Source: Azospirillum sp.
Lineage (GTDB): Bacteria > Pseudomonadota > Alphaproteobacteria > CACIAM-22H2
Direction: 5' to 3'
NCBI GenBank assembly: GCA_020249045.1
Contig: JADCGK010000014.1
Span: 2,650 to 66,649, forward strand
Length of the DNA: 64,000 nt
Shown one piece after another: positions 17,492-27,746 of the stretch. Made by a program: the position numbers and the translations under genes. Positions within the stretch are counted from its first letter, which is position 1; each line of letters starts with the position of its first letter. The notes below the pieces were generated by a model. The model did not search any database. It was not told the DNA's origin and worked only from the letters and a program-made list of their open reading frames with translations.

Positions 17492-17754
17492 CGAATAGGC
17501 CTCCTCTCGGGGTTTCTTCCTTTTTCGACGCGCCCCATGCGGAGGATCGTGAAGCGCGATTTTCGCGCCCGACCTTCCCCTGGATCGCGCCGCCGCCGGT
17601 CTTTCGGGTTCCGCCTCGAAGCCCGGTTTTAGCGGGCGAATCGGCGCGAATCGAAAGGGCTGGCTGCGAATCCGTATGCCCCTTCGCCGGAATCGTGGCA
17701 AGCACAAAAACGAGAAACGCCGATGGAATCGGGATTACTCGCACGCGACCCAGG

Positions 17755-17776
17755 AAAAATCCCGGAAAACCGGGCT
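17755..17776 (-). terminator. Possible weak intrinsic terminator after the proline-rich protein gene
   Basis: On the minus strand: GCCCGG-TTTT-CCGGG followed by ATTTTT. The stem is short, so support is limited. Confidence 0.35.
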
Positions 17777-17802
17777 TTTCCGACTCCCGCCTTGTGGGCG
17801 GA

Positions 17803-18771
17803 TCAGCGCGCGAGATCGCCGAGCTTGAATTCGATCAGCATCGAACGCTGGCCCGTGGCGCGCGGCGCGTCGGGCTGGGGGGCGAGCGGCAGACTCGCGC
17901 GCACGGCGACGATGAAGGTTTCGAGCGCGGTGCGCATGTCGCGATAGCGCGGATCGATCTGCGAGGCCCGCACCAGTTCCGGATAGTTGACGACCATCTG
18001 CGCGAAATCGATCGGCCCGTCGCCGCCCAGCGGCGGCGGAATGCGGCCATCGGGTTCGAGCACGAACCAGAAGCGCAGGATCACGTCCGCGAAGCGCGGG
18101 TTGCGATAGTCGAGCAGCCAGTTGCGGACGATCTGCGCGAGCAGATAGTCGGTCTCGCTTTGCGTGACGCGTTCGCTTGGCAAGCCTGCGGGCGGACGTT
18201 CGGCGTTGCGCTCCACGTTCGAGCGCGGCGGCGCACCGACATTCGCCACCCCTTGCGGATTGGCGCGTGCGACAGGTGCGGCCGGCGTCGGGGCGGGCGC
18301 CGGCGCGGGCGGCGCCGGTCCGGGCTCGGCGGTGCGCGGCGCCGGCGGGGCGGCCGTGCGCGGGGCGGGTTCGGCGCGCGGAGCGGCGCGTGCGGCGGAT
18401 TGTGTCGGCGGCGGGGGCGCCGGCGGCGTCGCCGCGGGCGGCGTTTCGGCGGGCGGCGGCGTCGACCGTTCGGCGGCGGCGCCTTCGCGCAATTGCGGCG
18501 GCGGCGGGGGCGGCCGTTCGGCCAGCGGCGGCGCGGGCGGGGGTGGGGGTGCGGGCGCGGGGACGGGCGGCGGCGCGATCAGTTCGAGCGGAATGGCGAC
18601 GAGTTCGGGCGGCGGGCGCGCGGGATCGCGCCGCTCGACGCCGATCCACAAAACCAACAGCAGCAGATGCAGGACGATGGATACGGCGAGCGCGCGCGCG
18701 AGCGGCCGGCCGCCGCCGGCGAGCGGCGCCGTCGAGAGCTTGAACTCCGCGTCGAGCGACCCGGCCGCCAT
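17803..18771 (-). CDS. Membrane-anchored proline-rich protein with TonB/TolA-like architecture
   Basis: Single N-terminal TM (ALAVSIVLHLLLLVLWIGV), a ~170-aa Pro/Ala-rich spacer, and a ~120-aa C-terminal globular domain (SETDYLLAQIVRNW...). I do not recognise the C-domain family. Confidence 0.5.
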   Translation of the reverse strand: MAAGSLDAEFKLSTAPLAGGGRPLARALAVSIVLHLLLLVLWIGVERRDPARPPPELVAIPLELIAPPPVPAPAPPPPPAPPLAERPPPPPPQLREGAAAERSTPPPAETPPAATPPAPPPPTQSAARAAPRAEPAPRTAAPPAPRTAEPGPAPPAPAPAPTPAAPVARANPQGVANVGAPPRSNVERNAERPPAGLPSERVTQSETDYLLAQIVRNWLLDYRNPRFADVILRFWFVLEPDGRIPPPLGGDGPIDFAQMVVNYPELVRASQIDPRYRDMRTALETFIVAVRASLPLAPQPDAPRATGQRSMLIEFKLGDLAR

Positions 18772-18777
18772 GACCGA

Positions 18778-19743
18778 TCAGAGCCAGCCGGTTTTCTTGA
18801 AGCGCCGATAGAGCAACCCGCACGCGACCGCGATCGTGGCCAACGCGAGCGGATAGCCCCATTCCCATTCGAGCTCGGGCATATGCTTGAAATTCATGCC
18901 CCAGATGCCCGCGAACGCGGTCGCGACCGCGAATATGCCCGCCCACGCGGCCAAACGTTTGTTGACCTCGCTCTCCTCGATCGTCGCCATGGACAGGTTC
19001 ACCTGCATGGCGGTGGTGGCGGTGTCGCGCAGATCGTCGATCGAAGCGTTGATGCGCGAAAGATGGTCGTTGACGTCGCGGAAATACTCCTGCGTGTTCG
19101 CGCAGATCGCCGGCACGCGGCCGCCATAAAGCTTGCCCACGCCCTCCATCAGCGGCACCACGGCATGGCGCAGCGTCATCACCTTGCGCTTGAGTTCGTA
19201 GAGACGTTCGATGTTCGCGCGTTGCGCGCCCTTCTCGAAGATCTTCTCCTCGATCGCCTCGATCTCGTCCTCGAGCGCCTCGACGACCGGGAAATAGCGG
19301 TCCACGGCCGCGTCCATCAGCGCGTAAAGCACGAAGGACGAGCCTTGCTTCAGCAGATGGGGCTCGCGCTCGCAGCGGTCGCGCACGCCCAGGAAGGTCT
19401 GCTTCGAACGCGAACGCACCGACAGCACGTAATTGTGGCCGACGAACACGTCCACCTCGCCCTGGACCAGTTCGCCGTTCTCCAGATCGACCAGATGGAT
19501 GACCGCGAACAGGCAGTCGCCGTATTCCTCGATCTTCGGGCGTTGATGGCCGCGCTGGGCGTCTTCGACGGCGAGTTCGTGCAACCCGAACTGCAGGCGC
19601 ATCGCGTCGAGATCGGCGGGCGCAGGGTCGCGCATGGCGACCCACACGAACGTGCCGGGCGCCTTCAGGATCTCGCCGATCCTTTCGACCGGCACGTCGG
19701 AGAGCTTCTTGCCCTCCTGATAGGCGACGCAATTGATCAGCAT
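18778..19743 (-). CDS. corA: Magnesium/cobalt transporter CorA
   Basis: C-terminal two TM segments with the GMNF signature (FAGIWGMNFKHMPE). Confidence 0.9.
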   Translation of the reverse strand: MLINCVAYQEGKKLSDVPVERIGEILKAPGTFVWVAMRDPAPADLDAMRLQFGLHELAVEDAQRGHQRPKIEEYGDCLFAVIHLVDLENGELVQGEVDVFVGHNYVLSVRSRSKQTFLGVRDRCEREPHLLKQGSSFVLYALMDAAVDRYFPVVEALEDEIEAIEEKIFEKGAQRANIERLYELKRKVMTLRHAVVPLMEGVGKLYGGRVPAICANTQEYFRDVNDHLSRINASIDDLRDTATTAMQVNLSMATIEESEVNKRLAAWAGIFAVATAFAGIWGMNFKHMPELEWEWGYPLALATIAVACGLLYRRFKKTGWL

Positions 19744-19783
19744 GACGCCCGCGACCCTAGCCCGAAGGCCGCGACGGCGCCAC

Positions 19784-20707
19784 TCAGAACACCGACCAAG
19801 CGGTGCGTGCGGCGAGCTTTTCCAGCGCCAGCGCCCCCAACAGCGACGTGCCCGCCGGCCCCAAGCCGGGCGACCAAACGCAGATCGCGGCGCGCTTGGG
19901 GGCGACCGCCAAAATCCCGCCGCCCACGCCCGATTTGCCGGGCAGGCCGACGCGAAAGGCGAAATCGCCCGACGCGTCGTAATGGCCGCACGTCATCATC
20001 ACCGCGCAGATACGCCGCGCGCCGGCCGCGTCGAGGATCCGGCGTCCCGTCACGGGATCGACGCCGCCATTGGCCAGATAAAGCCCGGCGTGCGCCAGGC
20101 CCACGCAACTCGTCGCGAGCGCGCATTGTCCGAAATAAACGCCCAGCACGTCGTCGATCGGGTTGCGGATGTTGCCGAAGCTGCGGATGAAATTGGCGAG
20201 GCTGGCGTTGCGGAATCCGGTGCGTGCCTCCGAGTCCGCGACCTCGCCGTCGGTTTCGACCGGTTCGCCGCCCGCAAGCCCGCGCAACGTTTCCACGATG
20301 TCCGCCGCCGCCGCGCGCGGGCCGCGCCCGTCGAGCAGCGTGTCCGTCACGACCAGCGCGCCCGCGTTGATCAGCGGATTGCGCGGCACGCCCTTCTCGG
20401 CCTCGAGCTGGACGATCGAATTGAACGGCGAGCCGGAGGGTTCGCGGCCCACGCGCGTCCACAGCTCGGCCCCCGAACGCTTCAGCGCCATCGTCAGCGT
20501 GAAGACCTTCGAAACGCTTTGGATCGAGAACGGCACGCGCGCGTCGCCCGCGGCCGCGACCCTGCCGTCGAGATCGACGACCGCGATTCCGAAGCGCTTG
20601 GGATCGACGCGCGCCAGCGCGGGGATGTAATCCGCCACGCGGCCTTCGCCCGCGCGCGGGGCGAGTTCGGCGTGGATTTCGGCGACGAGGCTTTGCAGAT
20701 CGGCCAT
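19784..20707 (-). CDS. glsA: Glutaminase
   Basis: 307 aa from [25 protein letters not shown] (Ser-x-x-Lys), [18 protein letters not shown] and [12 protein letters not shown]. Confidence 0.9.
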   Translation of the reverse strand: MADLQSLVAEIHAELAPRAGEGRVADYIPALARVDPKRFGIAVVDLDGRVAAAGDARVPFSIQSVSKVFTLTMALKRSGAELWTRVGREPSGSPFNSIVQLEAEKGVPRNPLINAGALVVTDTLLDGRGPRAAAADIVETLRGLAGGEPVETDGEVADSEARTGFRNASLANFIRSFGNIRNPIDDVLGVYFGQCALATSCVGLAHAGLYLANGGVDPVTGRRILDAAGARRICAVMMTCGHYDASGDFAFRVGLPGKSGVGGGILAVAPKRAAICVWSPGLGPAGTSLLGALALEKLAARTAWSVF

Positions 20708-20721
20708 CGCCGATGAGCCTA

Positions 20722-21945
20722 TCACCGCGCGGGCGATCCGAGAAACGCGAGGGCGCCGCGCGCGGCGGCGCGGGCCGTCGAAAAGCACCCTTGCAGCAGG
20801 TAGCCGCCGGTGGGCGCCTCCCAATCCAGCATTTCGCCGGCCACGAAGGTTCCGGGTCGGGCGCGCAGCATGAAATTCGCGTCGACGGCGTCCAGCGTCA
20901 CGCCGCCCGCGCTGGAGATCGCGCGCTCGATCCCGGCCGTCGCGGTCAGGCGCACGGGCACCGCTTTGATCCGCGCGGCCAGCGCCGCGGGGGCCAGGGC
21001 CGTCACGTCCGGATCCTCGCGCAGCAGCGCCAGCGCCGCGGGGGCGAACGCGACCGCGCGCTTGAGCCACGTCGAGAAGGACTTCGAACCGCGCGGCCGG
21101 TCGAGGCGCGCGGCGAGCTCGGTACGCGAAAGATCCGGCGCGAGATCGATCGTGGGCGACGCATGACCGTCGCGCGCGATCGCGTCGCGCAACGGCCCGG
21201 ACAGCGCGTAAACGGCCCCACCTTCGATCCCGGTTTGCGTCAGCATCGCTTCCCCGCGCACGCGCCGGCCTTCGAACTCCAGCGCGATGCGCTTCAAAGG
21301 TTCGCCCGCATGCCGCGCGCGCAGATGCGCCGACCAGTCCGCGTGAAATCCGCAGTTCGACGGGACGAGCGGGGCGACCGCCGCCCCGGCCGCGCGCAAG
21401 GTCTCGACCCACGCGCCGTCCGCGCCGAGCTTGGGCCAGCTCGCCCCGCCCAGCGCCAGGATCGCCGCATCGCAGGAGAACGCGACCTGTCCGTCGGGAC
21501 CGTCGAAGGCGAGCGCGCCTTGCGCGGACCAGCCGCGCCAAACGTGCCGCGCGCGCAGTTCGACGCCCAAATCGCCGAGGCGCTTCAACCACGCGCGCGC
21601 CAAGGGCGAGGCTTTCATCGCGCGCGGGAAGACCCGCCCCGAGGAGCCCACGAACGTCTCCGCCCCCAGACCGTCCGCCCATTCGCGCAACGCCGCCGGG
21701 GCGAACGCGGCGAGCGCGGGGCGCAAGGCGGCGGACGCCGCACCGTATCGCGCGTCGAACGCCGCGGCGGGTTCGGAGTGGGTGAGGTTGAGGCCCCCGC
21801 GGCCGGCGAGAAGAAATTTGCGCAAGGGCGCCGGCATCCGGTCGAACACGACGACGCGCGCGCCGCCCCGGGCGAGGGTTTCGGCGGCGAACAAGCCCGC
21901 CGGGCCCGCGCCGACGACCGCGACGATCGGTTCAGCGGCGGGCAC
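20722..21945 (-). CDS. HI0933/BaiN-like FAD-dependent oxidoreductase (TIGR03862-type flavoprotein)
   Basis: N-terminal [15 protein letters not shown] dinucleotide fold, GRGGLNLTH, and C-terminal [19 protein letters not shown]. Confidence 0.7.
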   Translation of the reverse strand: MPAAEPIVAVVGAGPAGLFAAETLARGGARVVVFDRMPAPLRKFLLAGRGGLNLTHSEPAAAFDARYGAASAALRPALAAFAPAALREWADGLGAETFVGSSGRVFPRAMKASPLARAWLKRLGDLGVELRARHVWRGWSAQGALAFDGPDGQVAFSCDAAILALGGASWPKLGADGAWVETLRAAGAAVAPLVPSNCGFHADWSAHLRARHAGEPLKRIALEFEGRRVRGEAMLTQTGIEGGAVYALSGPLRDAIARDGHASPTIDLAPDLSRTELAARLDRPRGSKSFSTWLKRAVAFAPAALALLREDPDVTALAPAALAARIKAVPVRLTATAGIERAISSAGGVTLDAVDANFMLRARPGTFVAGEMLDWEAPTGGYLLQGCFSTARAAARGALAFLGSPAR

Positions 21946-21951
21946 GCGCGT

Positions 21952-22428
21952 TCAGGCGGGGTCGCCGATATTGAGCAGAATCGACAGGCGTGCCGCCAAC
22001 TTGTCGGCCTGCACGGGCTTCAACACATAACCCGCGGGGCGAAGCTGCTTTGCTTGGTTGACCGTTTCGACGTCGCCATGCCCGGTCAGGAAGACGACCG
22101 GCACGTCGCACAGCGGCGGCGACAATTCGGTGCGCACGCGCTTGAGGAATTGAAGCCCCGTCACCGGCTTCATCGAAATGTCCGAAAGCACGACGTCGCA
22201 ATGCGACATCGATTTGAGCGCGGTCAACGCCGCTTCGCCGTCGGCGGCTTCCTGGATTTGGTAGAAGCCGATATTGCGCAAGGTCTGCACGATCGTCCGG
22301 CGCACGACCGGATCGTCCTCGACGACGAGGATCGGATAGGCCGCGAATTCGACGCGATAGGGCGGCTTTGAGGGCGCGTTGGGCTTGTAGCCGGACATGG
22401 GGCGGACTCGAAACGAGGTACGATCCAC
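21952..22428 (-). CDS. Single-domain (CheY-like) response regulator
   Basis: ILVVEDD, VLSDISMKP (phospho-Asp), VVFLTGHG and YVLKP. Start is ambiguous (GTG at 22428 or ATG at 22398). Confidence 0.8.
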   Translation of the reverse strand: MDRTSFRVRPMSGYKPNAPSKPPYRVEFAAYPILVVEDDPVVRRTIVQTLRNIGFYQIQEAADGEAALTALKSMSHCDVVLSDISMKPVTGLQFLKRVRTELSPPLCDVPVVFLTGHGDVETVNQAKQLRPAGYVLKPVQADKLAARLSILLNIGDPA

Positions 22429-22493
22429 TTAGGATAGGCCCAGCCGGGTGTTCGGCGCCACCCCCGATCTGCGTGCCCTTTCAGCGTCTTGCC

Positions 22494-22533
22494 GGGCGGG
22501 GGAAGGGGGGGTTGAGGGGGGCGGGGTCAGGGG
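22494..22533 (+). other. Dense G-run tract (potential G-quadruplex motif)
   Basis: Six runs of 3-7 G separated by 1-4 nt: GGGcGGGGGaaGGGGGGGttgaGGGGGGcGGGGtcaGGGG. Located in the divergent RR/ahcY intergenic region. Confidence 0.6.
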
Positions 22534-22540
22534 CTATAAG
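22512..22540 (+). promoter_or_regulatory. Candidate sigma-70 promoter of ahcY
   Basis: TTGAGG-N17-TATAAG, about 90 nt upstream of the ahcY ATG. Identified by pattern only. Confidence 0.35.
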
Positions 22541-22630
22541 CCTCGTCCTCGGAATGCCGGACGGGCCTCGTGCGTTTTGCCGGTCGATCCGACATACGCC
22601 TTTCTTCCCGCCAATGGAGCCCCTGGAATC

Positions 22631-24028
<1,398 letters not shown>

Positions 24029-24053
24029 TCTTCCGTCCTTCGGGCGGAACGCG

Positions 24054-24088
24054 CGGCCGGCGGGGCGACCCGCCGGCCGTTTTCGTTT
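24054..24088 (+). terminator. Rho-independent terminator of ahcY
   Basis: 11-bp GC stem CGGCCGGCGGG-gcga-CCCGCCGGCCG followed by TTTTCGTTT. Confidence 0.75.
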
Positions 24089-24124
24089 GGCGCGACGCGG
24101 GCGCGCTTCCTACACTCGCGGGCG

Positions 24125-26137
24125 ATGGAAACGCTCCTGCTCGGTCTGTTGTTGGGGTTCGGCGCCGGCGGCGCATGGGCCTGGCGCGAGCGCGGCCGCG
24201 CGGCCCGCGAAGCCGTCCGCGCCGACGCGGCCGAGCGCGCCAAGAACGAACTCGCCGTGCGCGCCAATCTCCAGCGGGTGGAGCGCGAGGCGGCCGAAGA
24301 CGCGGTGCGCCGGCTCGAAGCCGCCCTCGACGCGCTGCCCGTGCCGCTGTGGCGGCGCGATTCCGAACAGCGTCTGGCTTGGTGCAACGCGGCCTATGCG
24401 GTCGCCGCGGGCGCCGAGCGCGCCGCGCTGGTCGACGGGGCGGCGCAACTGGGCGGCGAAGCGCTCGCGCGCAAGCACGCGGCGCTCGCGCGGCTCGCGC
24501 TGGCCGCGCGCACGGCGCAGAGCGAGCCTTCGCATCTGATCGTCGCGGGCGCGCGGCGGCTCTACGATTTCGTCGAGGCGCCGCTGCCCGACGGCGGCAC
24601 GATCGGCATGGCCGTCGACCAGACCGAACGCGAGGACGCCGGAATCGAACTCGCCCGGCACATCGGCGCGCAAGGCGCCGTGCTGGAAACCATGCCCGTC
24701 GCCATCGCGATCTTCGGGCCCGACCGGCGGCTCAAATACTTCAACGGGGCCTATGCGCGATTGTGGCGCGTAGACGAGGATTGGCTGGCCGCCGAACCCG
24801 AATACGGCGAGGTGCTGGAACGCCTGCGCGAACGCCGGCGCCTGCCCGAATTCGCCGATTTCCGGATGTTCAAGCGCCAGCGTCTGGCGCTGTTCGAATC
24901 GATCTTCGAGCCGATCGACGAACTGATGTACCTGCCCGACGGGACGACGCTGCGCGAGCGCTGCCTGCCGCATCCGCTGGGCGGGCTGTTGTTCGCCTTC
25001 GAGGACGTTTCGGACCGGCTGACGCTCGAACGCTCCTACAACACGCTGATCGCCGTGCAGCGCGCCACCCTCGACAATCTGCAGGAGGGCGTCGCCGTGT
25101 TCGGTTCGGACGGCCGCCTGAAGCTGCACAATCCCGCCTTCGCGCGGATCTGGAACATCCCCGACGCCGCGTTCATCGCCGAACCGCGCGCGGGCGAGGT
25201 GGTCGAGTACATGCGCCCCTTCTATCCGACCCGCGACGATTGGGAGGAAACGAAGGCCCGGTTGGCCGAGGACATCGGCGGGCGCGAGCCCGCGCGCGCG
25301 CGCATCGAACGCGCCGACGGCTGCGTGCTGGATTACGCGCTGGTGCCGCTGCCCGACGGGGCGACGCAGCTTTCCTATCTCGACGTCACCGACAAGGTGC
25401 GCGTCGAGCGCGCGTTGCGCGAACGCGCCGAGGCGTTGGAGGCGGCCGACCGCCTCAAATCGGAATTCATTTCGACGGTGTCCTACGAACTGCGCACGCC
25501 GCTCAACACGATCATCGGCTTCGCCGAAATGCTCGCCAAACGCTATTTCGGCCCGCTCAACGAGCGCCAGGTCGAGTATTGCGACGACATCCTGTCGGCG
25601 TCGCACCGGTTGCTCGCGATCATCAACGACATCCTCGATCTCGCCTCGATCGACGCGGGCCGCATGACCCTCGATCTGGCCCCGGTCGCGCCGGGCGATC
25701 TGCTGCACGACACCGCGCAGATCATGGGCGATCTCGCGCGCGAAAGCGGCCTGTCGATCGAGGTCAAGCTCGCCGGCGCCGTACCGCGCATCCGGGGCGA
25801 TTCGCGCCGGCTCAAGCAGGCGCTGTGCAACCTCGTTTCCAACGCGATCAAGTTCACGCCCGCAGGCGGCACGATCACCCTGGCCGCCGAGCCCGCGGGC
25901 GCCATGGTCGCCCTTGCGGTCGCCGACACCGGTACGGGAATCGCCGCCGAGGATCAGCGCCGCGTGTTCAAGGAGTTCGAGCGCGGCTCCTCGCCCGACT
26001 CGCGGCGGATGGGCGCGGGACTGGGCCTGTCGCTGGTCCAGCGCATCGTCGAATTGCACGGCGGCACCGTGCATCTCGCCTCGCTCGAAGGGCACGGCAC
26101 GACCGTGCTCGCGCGGGTGCCCGTCTGGCGGGACTGA
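24125..26137 (+). CDS. Membrane-anchored multi-PAS sensor histidine kinase
   Basis: N-terminal TM, repeated PAS-like segments, H-box FISTVSYELRTPLNTIIGFAEML, and HATPase N/G boxes (LVSNAIKFTP, DTGTGI, GLGLSLV). Confidence 0.85.
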   Translation: METLLLGLLLGFGAGGAWAWRERGRAAREAVRADAAERAKNELAVRANLQRVEREAAEDAVRRLEAALDALPVPLWRRDSEQRLAWCNAAYAVAAGAERAALVDGAAQLGGEALARKHAALARLALAARTAQSEPSHLIVAGARRLYDFVEAPLPDGGTIGMAVDQTEREDAGIELARHIGAQGAVLETMPVAIAIFGPDRRLKYFNGAYARLWRVDEDWLAAEPEYGEVLERLRERRRLPEFADFRMFKRQRLALFESIFEPIDELMYLPDGTTLRERCLPHPLGGLLFAFEDVSDRLTLERSYNTLIAVQRATLDNLQEGVAVFGSDGRLKLHNPAFARIWNIPDAAFIAEPRAGEVVEYMRPFYPTRDDWEETKARLAEDIGGREPARARIERADGCVLDYALVPLPDGATQLSYLDVTDKVRVERALRERAEALEAADRLKSEFISTVSYELRTPLNTIIGFAEMLAKRYFGPLNERQVEYCDDILSASHRLLAIINDILDLASIDAGRMTLDLAPVAPGDLLHDTAQIMGDLARESGLSIEVKLAGAVPRIRGDSRRLKQALCNLVSNAIKFTPAGGTITLAAEPAGAMVALAVADTGTGIAAEDQRRVFKEFERGSSPDSRRMGAGLGLSLVQRIVELHGGTVHLASLEGHGTTVLARVPVWRD

Positions 26138-26162
26138 GCGACGCCGGTGCGCCGGCGCCCTG

Positions 26163-27185
26163 TCAGGCGCCCGGCACGCCCGCGGTCGTCGAATACTCGA
26201 AATGGTGGACTTCGCCGGGGCGGCAGATCGCGCGCGCGGCGTGTGCCGCGGCCGCGGCCTCCGCGAAGCCCGACAGGATCAGCTTCAGCTTGCCCGGATA
26301 ATGCGCGATGTCGCCGATCGCGAAAATGCCGGGCGCCGAGGTCGAGGAATCGCGTTGCTCGACCTTGATGTGGCTTTTGTCGAGCGCCAGGCCCCATTCG
26401 GCGATGGGGCCGAGATTCATCGACAGCCCGAAGAAGGCGAGCAGCGCGTCCGCCGGCAGCCGCCGCGTCTTGCCGTCCAGGTCCTTGACCAGCACTGCGC
26501 TCAGCGCGCCAGGCTCGCCCTCCAGCGCGTCGAGCTGATAGGGCGTGACCATATCGATCTTGCCCGCATCGGCCAGCGCCTTGACCTTGGCGGCCGTATC
26601 CGGCGCCGCGCGGAACTTGTCGCGGCGGTGGATGACCATCACGCGCGCGGCGACGTCGGCCAAGCTCAACGCCCAATCGAGCGCCGAATCGCCGCCGCCG
26701 GCGATCGCCACGCGCTTGCCGCGGAACACCTCGCGGCTGTTGACCAGATAGTGCACGCCCTTGTTCTCGAACTCGTCGATGCGCGCCAACGGCGGCTTGT
26801 TGGGCCCGAAGGCGCCCACGCCCGCGGCGATCATCACGGTCTTGGCCAGAATGCGCGTGCCCGCCGAGGTGGTCAGCGCCCACGCCTCGCCTTCGCGCGC
26901 CAGTTTTTCGACGCGCTGGCCCAGATGGTAGACCGGGGCGAACGGCGCCGCCTGTTCCTGCAGCTTCGCGATCAGATCGGCCGCGTCGATCTTGGGATGG
27001 CCGGGAATGTCGTAGATCGGTTTTTCCGGATAGAGGGCCGCGCATTGCCCGCCCGCGAAATCGAGCGCGTCGATCACGTGGGTCTTCAGCTTCAGCATGC
27101 CGCATTCGAACACGGCGAAGAGGCCGACGGGGCCGGCCCCGACGATGGCGACGTCGGTGGTGTGGGTCTGGGACATGGGCGCCAT
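26163..27185 (-). CDS. Thioredoxin-reductase-like ferredoxin-NADP+ reductase
   Basis: DVAIVGAGPVGLFA, GGQCAALYPEKPIYDIPG, a second GGGDSALDWA fold and no CxxC redox centre. This is the YumC/TrxR-type FNR pattern. Confidence 0.8.
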   Translation of the reverse strand: MAPMSQTHTTDVAIVGAGPVGLFAVFECGMLKLKTHVIDALDFAGGQCAALYPEKPIYDIPGHPKIDAADLIAKLQEQAAPFAPVYHLGQRVEKLAREGEAWALTTSAGTRILAKTVMIAAGVGAFGPNKPPLARIDEFENKGVHYLVNSREVFRGKRVAIAGGGDSALDWALSLADVAARVMVIHRRDKFRAAPDTAAKVKALADAGKIDMVTPYQLDALEGEPGALSAVLVKDLDGKTRRLPADALLAFFGLSMNLGPIAEWGLALDKSHIKVEQRDSSTSAPGIFAIGDIAHYPGKLKLILSGFAEAAAAAHAARAICRPGEVHHFEYSTTAGVPGA

Positions 27186-27266
27186 TCATGGCCGCGCGCG
27201 GCCGGGTTTTCAACGGATTTCCGCGCGCATTCCGGCGCGGCCGGAATCCGGGTAAAACCCCCAGCC

Positions 27267-27746
27267 ATGGTCGACCCAGCCCCGATTCGGATCGTCGAAC
27301 TGCCCGACGCCGCGGCGACCCGCGCGTTCGCCGCGAAGCTCGCCCCGCTCGCGCGGCCGGGCGATGCGCTGACGCTGTCGGGCGATCTGGGGATGGGCAA
27401 AACCGAATTCGCGCGCGGTTTCGTGCGCGCCAGGGCGGGGCGGGACATCGAAGTGCCCAGCCCGACCTTCACGCTGGTGCAGACCTACGATCTGCCGGGC
27501 GGGGAGATCTGGCATTTCGACCTTTATCGGCTCGCCGATCCCGAGGAGATCTGGGAACTCGGCTGGGAAGCGGCGCGCGAAGGCGCCATCGCGTTGATCG
27601 AGTGGCCGGAACGGCTGGGGCCCCATCTGCCGGCGGATCGCCTGGCGATCGGCCTTGCGCCCGGTGCGGGCGAAACCGCGCGGATCGCCACGCTGTCGGG
27701 CGCGGCCGCGTGGGCCCGACGCTTGGAGGCGGCCGATGCCCCTTGA
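27267..27746 (+). CDS. tsaE: tRNA t6A biosynthesis ATPase TsaE
   Basis: LSGDLGMGKTEFARGF (Walker A), VPSPTFTLVQTY, HFDLYRL and LIEWPE. Confidence 0.8.
   Translation: MVDPAPIRIVELPDAAATRAFAAKLAPLARPGDALTLSGDLGMGKTEFARGFVRARAGRDIEVPSPTFTLVQTYDLPGGEIWHFDLYRLADPEEIWELGWEAAREGAIALIEWPERLGPHLPADRLAIGLAPGAGETARIATLSGAAAWARRLEAADAP

Noticed and set aside
18290-18560. GC-rich repetitive DNA as a tandem repeat or VNTR.
   Set aside because: It is the low-complexity Pro/Ala-coding spacer of the TonB/TolA-like gene on the opposite strand. The repeats are imperfect and in frame.
22541-22630. Possible SAH riboswitch (or another SAM/SAH element) in the ahcY leader.
   Set aside because: I looked for the conserved SAH-riboswitch strings as I recall them (GAGGAGCG..., AGGCUC, AACGGCGCUC) and found none. 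The leader is short and shows no obvious pseudoknot. An Rfam scan would settle it.
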